Assembly (NCBI GenBank): GCA_964019335.1
Contig: OZ025693.1
Location: 124,001 to 188,000, forward strand
Length of the DNA: 64,000 nt
Reading direction: 5' to 3'
Origin: Diplonema japonicum
Taxonomy: Eukaryota > Protista > Euglenozoa: Diplonemea
The translations under genes were made by a program, and so were the position numbers. The notes under the pieces were generated by a model that did not search any database, was not told where the DNA came from, and was given only the letters and a program-made list of their open reading frames with translations. Positions 58,601 to 64,000 of this stretch are shown piece by piece (positions within the stretch are counted from its first letter, which is position 1; each line of letters begins with the position of its first letter).

Positions 58601-60294
58601 ACTGCCTTTTCATTCTCGTCGGCTTTGAACTGCTCGGCTTCCTCGCCTATTTCGTAGGACTCGCACCATGCTGTCTCCGACCTGCGCTGCGCTGTGCGTA
58701 GCAGTGCTGTGAACATACGAAATGCACGTTCTATGACACCGCAAGCACGCTTTCTCCTCTTCCGCCACAGCCACAGCCGCACCGCCTGCTGCATTACGAT
58801 CACCACTCGCTTCGCAAAGTCTTTTTCCATATCTGCATATTGCATTTCCAAGTACCGCAGCCTTGTAGCCCACCCTCTATACATCCGCTGCACTGTTATT
58901 GCTGCCTTAACTTCACGCATGCTTTGTACATTCTGTGCCGTGAGTCCTATCTTCGTCCCTGCAATCTCCACACCAAGCACACTGCCGCGTGCATCGCTGC
59001 TCCGTCTCCTGCCTACTATTTTCCCGACCTTCCCGTTCAAGTCACTTCTATCAACCAGTCCATATACAATCACCTCTTCTCCAACTGGAAATTTGAACCC
59101 AGGCTTCGCACTGGAACGTCGTCTTGTTGCCGATTCCTGGTGCTGTGACTTCTTCAAAATAGGTTGGAGGGGCTTAGGTTGGAAGGAACGGAGGTTGAAG
59201 ACGGAAATTCTGGCCACAAGACCCTTGCCCGCTTTCTGAATGAGTAAGACGGCTTGTAACTCAGAAAGAGTGCACAAGTTGGAAGCAGTGAGTCCTATTT
59301 TCGTCCCTGCAATCTCCACACCAAGCACACTGCCGCGTGCATCGCTGCTCCGTCTCCTGCCAACCACCTTACCAGTCTTCCCGTTCAAGTCACTTCTATC
59401 GACCAGTCCATGGACCACCACCTCTTCTCCAATCGGGAATTTAAATGCAGGCTTCGCACTGGAACGTCGTTTTGTTGCCGGTTTCTGGTGCTGTGACTTC
59501 AAGATGGGCTGGAGGGGCTTCGGTTGGAATGTAGAGAGGCTGAAGATAGAAATTCTGTCCACAAGACCCTTGCCCGCTTTCTGAATGAGTAAGACGGCTT
59601 GTAACTCAGAAAGAGTGCACAAGTTGGAAGCAGTGAGTCCTATCTTCGTCCCTGCAATCTCCACACCAAGCACACTGCCGCGTGCATCGCTGCTCCGTCT
59701 CCTGCCAACCACCTTACCAGTCTTCCCGTTCAAGTCACTTCTATCAACCAGTCCATGGACCACCACCTCTTCTCCAATCGGGAATTTGAATGCAGGCTTC
59801 GCACTGGAACGTCGTTTTGTTCCTGCTTCTTGGTGTTGCGACTTCTTTAAAACCGGTTGAAGGGGCTTAGGTTGGAAGGAACGGAGGTTGAAGATGGAAA
59901 TTCTGTCCACAAGACCCTTGCCCGCTTTCTGAATGAGTAAGACGGCTTGTAACTCAGAAAGGGTGCACAAGTTGGAAGCAGTGAGTCCTATCTTCGTCCC
60001 TGCAATCTCCACACCAAGCACACTGCCGCGTGCATCGCTGCTCCGTCTCCTGCCAACCACCTTACCAGTCTTCCCGTTCAAGTCACTTCTATCGACCAGT
60101 CCATGGACCACCACCTCTTCACCTATAGGGAATTTGAATCCGGGTTTCGCACTGGAACGTCTCTTTGCATGGCCTTGCTCGCTCGTGGGTCTTAAGATAG
60201 GCTTCGGTACAAAGGTGCGCTGTTCCTGCAAAGCGACACGCGAAGCAAGCCCACGGCCCGCTCGCTGTAAGAGAAGTGTCGATTTATCGGCCAT
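55666..60294 (-). CDS. 1542-aa IQ-motif protein with 4 N-terminal tandem domains and C-terminal LRRs
   Basis: Multiple IQxxxRG motifs; LKLGGNRLG / IRLNRCGL / IDITDN LRRs. Confidence 0.85.
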   Translation of the reverse strand: MADKSTLLLQRAGRGLASRVALQEQRTFVPKPILRPTSEQGHAKRRSSAKPGFKFPIGEEVVVHGLVDRSDLNGKTGKVVGRRRSSDARGSVLGVEIAGTKIGLTASNLCTLSELQAVLLIQKAGKGLVDRISIFNLRSFQPKPLQPVLKKSQHQEAGTKRRSSAKPAFKFPIGEEVVVHGLVDRSDLNGKTGKVVGRRRSSDARGSVLGVEIAGTKIGLTASNLCTLSELQAVLLIQKAGKGLVDRISIFSLSTFQPKPLQPILKSQHQKPATKRRSSAKPAFKFPIGEEVVVHGLVDRSDLNGKTGKVVGRRRSSDARGSVLGVEIAGTKIGLTASNLCTLSELQAVLLIQKAGKGLVARISVFNLRSFQPKPLQPILKKSQHQESATRRRSSAKPGFKFPVGEEVIVYGLVDRSDLNGKVGKIVGRRRSSDARGSVLGVEIAGTKIGLTAQNVQSMREVKAAITVQRMYRGWATRLRYLEMQYADMEKDFAKRVVIVMQQAVRLWLWRKRRKRACGVIERAFRMFTALLRTAQRRSETAWCESYEIGEEAEQFKADENEKAVKIQAIARRWLARSHVQAIRTLNNRITKESEDSEHFAYQKNEKRAAQVVQSAVKRNAAMNQRDRLRGLRDKEESREAENYSACVIQRNCQIMLARKCLRRRFASTEKIELRFIREYQATLLQRRTRGMLARSKVAALKEARDERWEKERVREQREHAMYNLQRLGRGMYGRAETMRLLEAIPYWEGRHGREAEQDEAGKRVELLEIEEYSREVFADMWNSEIEDMTTSTFTEESAKRHDISKEAGVKTIELVETSLRRRIEAEWSHVVPMDALVMIWDAEQLRTRQEIISEEYLESLDNALVAGHLARVARNHTALKIQCCFRRWRARCLLKKRCLKRDMQELVEDHLWKIEKSGLQNKLRMREIILMEAEEGGSWVAGVYYGEAHKRSVIEMELKDFRSKMRMRIASERLSIIPVQLAYLCQLEPVERRLTSEVEETTRGDIEAVERSCFLKMYRQMMLDRLAEKDKQDALGDATEPLRTPPLMPSIAVPPELTNEMQHCRDTVVRVEQADRVVLTKIACDLLSGILSFRKLIKEGVKRCLEIDLEERRERLSWGVPYTDTQSITSVYSRETTPVKPPLQILEEGLREALQVEEGITRKVLIKLEMSSDVKKHTVRVQIVTMDERREGEMKMYVDNAMGSLVRREGSGRLDAERHERRERRDIVTQELRRRPRDFKRTILSDRQYVSRSTVLKNTAPQRQTQVSNYEIQPCVSPRLASETFKTTTLSCHSYISQHGAVSPASQDFILKNTYPPLLPKIVNPTADKQATPVAQPRFSATLPLPSAHRNDIDEEEEEEDNTIVSKPPLVTNDVWDQKKSITMVAPPKTEPNVTVRQLLRNTAPTATLDMEGLAWAEKDMMPYLLALPKNRNVTVLKLGGNRLGVEACGLLAELIRMPSCRLVSIRLNRCGLSHECGETLLHALKNNTSVVGIDITDNTDVDSLTAISLAQELAARRNAKVLQIQSKRLDHLGYTPVSAF
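58910..60270 (-). repeat. Intragenic tandem repeat, about 4 x 345-348 bp
   Basis: Near-identical units at offsets 59240/59585/59933. Confidence 0.95.
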
Positions 60295-60498
60295 AGTTCA
60301 TTGTGTTGGAAGAAAGGAATTATAAGCGGGAAAAAAAAAGAAGAAAAAAAAAAAACGTGTTTCTGAAAGGGAACCTACATGTATGTGACGAGGATCGCAG
60401 GGAAAGAAAAAAAAAGAAGAAAAAAAAAACTGCACACTCACTCACTCAGAGGATTTGGAAAGATAAAAAAAAAAAGAAAAGAAAAAAAAAAAAGAATA

Positions 60499-60861
60499 CT
60501 ATTTTTCCCTGGTTTGCTCAAGGTAGACCATGTGCCAGCCCTTGGTGCCCTTGAACACGTGCGAAATGTTGTTTTCCCTCATGCTGAAGGCAACGCGCTC
60601 GAAGTCGTCCTCTAGCTTTCCCTTACCAAACCAGCCTAGAGCGCCTCCTTTCTTGGCGCTGGGGCAGTCGCTGATCCTGGTCGCGACGGCGCCGAAGGTA
60701 TCGGCAGAGATCTCCTCCCCCTTCTGGAGGTAGTTTTGGTCGAACATGGCGTAGGCGTCATTTATTTTCTTCTCATCTTTGCACAGAATGTGGCGAATCT
60801 TGATTTCCTTCTCCTTCTTCTTCTTTACGGGCTTCACCGCCGCTGCTTTCTTAGGCGCCAT
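60499..60861 (-). CDS. PIN4: Parvulin-type peptidyl-prolyl isomerase (PIN4/Par14-like)
   Basis: Basic N-terminus, IRHILC, SDCPSAKKGGALGWF, GWHMV. Confidence 0.88.
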   Translation of the reverse strand: MAPKKAAAVKPVKKKKEKEIKIRHILCKDEKKINDAYAMFDQNYLQKGEEISADTFGAVATRISDCPSAKKGGALGWFGKGKLEDDFERVAFSMRENNISHVFKGTKGWHMVYLEQTREK

Positions 60862-61383
60862 TTTTGTTTTTTTTCTTTTTTCCCCCCCTTACAGTTTGCA
60901 TGTAGTTTCAACAAAACGGAAAGAAAAAAGAAAAAAAAAAAGAAGAAACCAACACTTTTTTTTCTTCTTCTTTCAAGGAGGGGGAGATAGGGTGGTTTTT
61001 AAAGAAAAAGAAAAAGAAAGAAGCTCTATTTAGAAAAAAAAAAAATTTAAGGTGGCCTTCCTTTCTTTGTTTCTAAAAAAAAAAAAAAAAAAGAGGGAGG
61101 GGAAAAGAAGAAGAAGATGCTGTGTCAAAGAAAAAGGGTGGAAAAGGGTTAGAGGTCAGCATTCGCACCCCCCCCCCCCCCCCCTCTTAAATGTTCTTTT
61201 TTTTGAAATAGGAGACGCAACATCTCTTTTGTTTCCCCCTGTTCTAAAGAATTGTTAGTTTAAAAAAAAACACTTTTTTTTTCCCTCCCTCCTCTCCTCG
61301 TTCCTTTTTTTGTGTGTTAATACCCCCCCCCACCAAAATTTTTTAAAAAAATAAAAGAAAAAAAAAATCCTGTTTCAAGAAAA

Positions 61384-61718
61384 CTACAGGATGTCCTTTG
61401 TGTGTAAAGGCTGAAGGACTCTTCCAAACACTTGCTCCTCCATCAAGTGGTGTGTGTTTTTCTGTTTTTTTTTTTTTTCTTTTTTCCCCTCGAGCATACC
61501 CTCATCCGGATGTCATTCTCAGGTGCGGCAAGGTACTCCTCCCAGCCTACGGTCATGTGGTCGCCCCTGCAGTTTTTTTTTTTTTTTAAAGTTTATAAAT
61601 CTCTTCCCCCCTTTTTTTTTGTTACCTCCACACGTCCAGCGAAGTGAAAGAGGACTCAAGAGGTGCGAGTCTCCTCTGTTGCATAAGAACTTGCTCCATA
61701 AACTGTATTTAAAATTGT

Positions 61719-61757
<39 letters not shown>

Positions 61758-61974
61758 ACCTTGTGCTTCAAAGGAAGAGCTATTCCGTGCAATTCTTGCA
61801 TCTCTGCCAGTCTGGATTTTTCACCGTTTTCAAATTTGCTGTTCTCCATCGCTTCAACAGGGTGGAGGTACTCCCTTTTTTTTTTTTTTTTGTTCTTTTG
61901 TTTAAACAGAGTACATACCCAACCCTAACGTCATCCGCCATCTGAGGCCCTGCTATAGGCATATTCATTTCCAT
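61384..61974 (-). CDS. UMP1: Proteasome maturation factor UMP1/POMP, 4 introns
   Basis: Spliced ..DDVRVG|EYLHPVEAME..ELHGIALPLKHK|FMEQ..RLAPLESSFTSLDVWR|GDHMTVGWEEYL..|KNTHHLMEEQVFG matches the UMP1 family pattern; absent from ORF track. Confidence 0.88.
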
Positions 61975-62325
61975 TTTTTTTTAGAAGTTTTTTTTTTGTC
62001 TTTCTCCTTTTTTTTTTTTTTTTAAAATAATTTTTACTTTTTTAAAACTGAAAGGTTTCAAAGCATAAGAAAAAGGAAAAAAGGAAAAAAGGAAAGAAAA
62101 AAAAAAAAAAAAAAAAGAGGAGGGAATAATGAAAGGAAAAGAAAAATAATTCTTTATGACTATATGTCTTTTTTTTTCTTCTTTCTTTTTTGTTGCTTCG
62201 CACGAGCAAAAAATTCAATTAACGATTTGAAGAAGCTGCGAAAGTTTCTTGCTCGGCACAAGTAGCATATAGTTATAAAATCATTTTTCTTCGAAAGATA
62301 AAATATTTTGTAACAAAAAAAAATA

Positions 62326-63612
62326 CCGGATTTGTATTTATATTGTTCAGCTTTAATAATGGTCTGGGGATTTAGTGTACTGTATAAATTATGTACCTTT
62401 TTCGGATTTTGGACCCAACTTGGGACTTTTTACAGAACAATACAAAAGATTATTTTTATTATTTTTGGCTTGATCCCCCCCCCCCAGGACAGGCCCCACT
62501 AAAATCAAAGTCACGTTTTCATGTCCCGCTTGGAGGAACCCCAGCCTGCCCGGAAGAACAAGAAGTGGACCGAGGCAGAGAAGGAGGAGCTGGGTGAACT
62601 GGTCCGGCAATTCGACCTTTCAGCCGGAACGCGGAAGTGGAACGAGAAGCCCCCCAACAAGCCTGCCTCGAAGCCGGTTGCTGACCGGGCGAAACAGGAC
62701 GTCACAGCTAAGCTACGCAATCGATCCCGCGAGATTGCCCATGGTGGGGGTGGGGAGGAAGAACCTGCAGATTATGCGTCCTTTTATTCTTGCCTGAAGT
62801 GTCGAGGCTTACCGCAAGCTAACAGAAATCACAATCCGGGCCAGGGTTCGCTTACCTTTTTAACGATCTCCCACCCGGGTCTGCAACCGTGCCCCCACCC
62901 ACTGAGGACGTTCCTGCGCCCTCGCCTGGCCCTCCGCTCCCGCCTTCCGAGGTCGAGCTGGTTCGAGAAGTGGTGGATGCAGATGCAGGAGTTGACCCGA
63001 TGGAGATTGATCCATTGGGGCCATTGGGACTGTCAGTCGACCCAGAACCAGCACCCGAAGACCCGGACATTGAGATCAATGAGATGTTCAGCAGGCTGGG
63101 CATCGACATTTCTGATGTACTTTCTTCTGACGAAGAAGCAGAAGAAGAAGAAATGCCTAACCAAGAAGCCTCAGCCCCAAGCCAAGCAGCGGTACCAAGC
63201 CAGGTGACCCCAAACCAACGAACGAACAACGTGATGAGGGTGCCCTGCCCCAACTGCAGCGCAACCCTCAAGCAGGTTAGAAAGGAGACCAGTGTGGGAG
63301 TGCACGGAATGCTCTGGTGAGCATGACATGAGCACCCGCGGGAGGGTCTGCCCGTCCTGCGACTATGTGGTGTGCTTTACGTGCAGGACTGGGCAATAGT
63401 GAACTAGAATTGCGGTAATACCACCCCCTCCCCGGCTGGGTATTTTGTTTTTGTCTTGGCATTTTTTATTTTTAGAGATATTTTCTGGGATTTTTTTTAT
63501 TTTTGTAAGTTTTATGTTCTGTCTTAATGGTGTTCTGTAAATATTATGTACCTTTTTCGAATTTTTTGCCCAATTTGGGACTTTTCACATAACAATATAA
63601 GTACAAATCCGG
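62326..63612 (+). mobile_element. TA-flanked DNA element with 22-bp TIRs and terminal direct repeats
   Basis: TA|CCGGATTTGTATTTATATTGTT ... AACAATATAAGTACAAATCCGG|TA (21/22 match). Confidence 0.75.
62521..63399 (+). pseudogene. Frameshifted Myb/SANT-like + acidic linker + Cys-rich zinc finger cargo gene
   Basis: KKWTEAEKEELGELV; CPNC then shifted frame WECTEC..CPSCDYVVCFTC*; needs two frame changes. Confidence 0.55.
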
Positions 63613-63919
63613 TAATAATAAAGAAGAAGGAAAATAAAATAAATAAAAAAATAAGAAAATAAAAAAAAGCAATAAGAATGAATTTTTTTTTAAATTAAAC
63701 CTATATCTTATTCCTCACTTTCTCTCGTGTTTGTTGCGAAAAACCGAATTTGCCGACAGTCGTAGAAATTTGACTTTTTTTTTTTTGGGGCTAAAGAAAA
63801 AGAGAGAAAGAGAACAGAGACTGAAAGGGGGTTTGGGGGGGAGGGTTCTTACCTGTGGAAACAGGTTGCATTCCCCTTCCCTGTCTTCCTTCGTGTGTTT
63901 AAAAAAATAAAATAAAACA

Positions 63920-64000
63920 CCGGATTTGTACTCATTTTGTTCTGTATTAATAATGTGCTGTTAATTTAATGATTTTGGACCCAACTTGGGATTTTTCACG
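63920..64000 (+). repeat. Left end of a further copy of the CCGGATTTGTA element (runs off window)
   Basis: ccggatttgtactcattttgttc..gattttggacccaacttggga matches 62326-62425. Confidence 0.7.

Overview
Eukaryotic, gene-dense DNA with homopolymer-rich (poly-A/T/G/C) spacers. Most likely a euglenozoan of diplomenid type (diplonemid-like): all recognisable host genes lie head-to-tail on the minus strand as in a polycistronic cluster, the centrin is of kinetoplastid Centrin4 type, yet many genes carry short GT-AG introns. Recognisable genes: centrin, TMEM43, MetRS, ATG18/WIPI, kelch protein, epsilon-tubulin, thiolase, PKD2-like channel, RPL23, parvulin, UMP1. By splicing by hand I recovered several genes missing from the ORF track, including seven microproteins (54-81 aa). 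Accessory DNA includes: a family of truncated non-LTR retroelements, co-oriented with the genes, that end in a stem-loop plus sense-strand poly(T); a spliced-leader-like 16-mer upstream of one copy; a decayed piggyBac; a MITE-like element; a TA-flanked composite element carrying a Myb/Zn-finger pseudogene; and an antisense insert in an ATG18 intron. Most cis-introns have A-rich rather than pyrimidine-rich 3' ends. All calls were made by eye with no database searches; exon boundaries are inferred.
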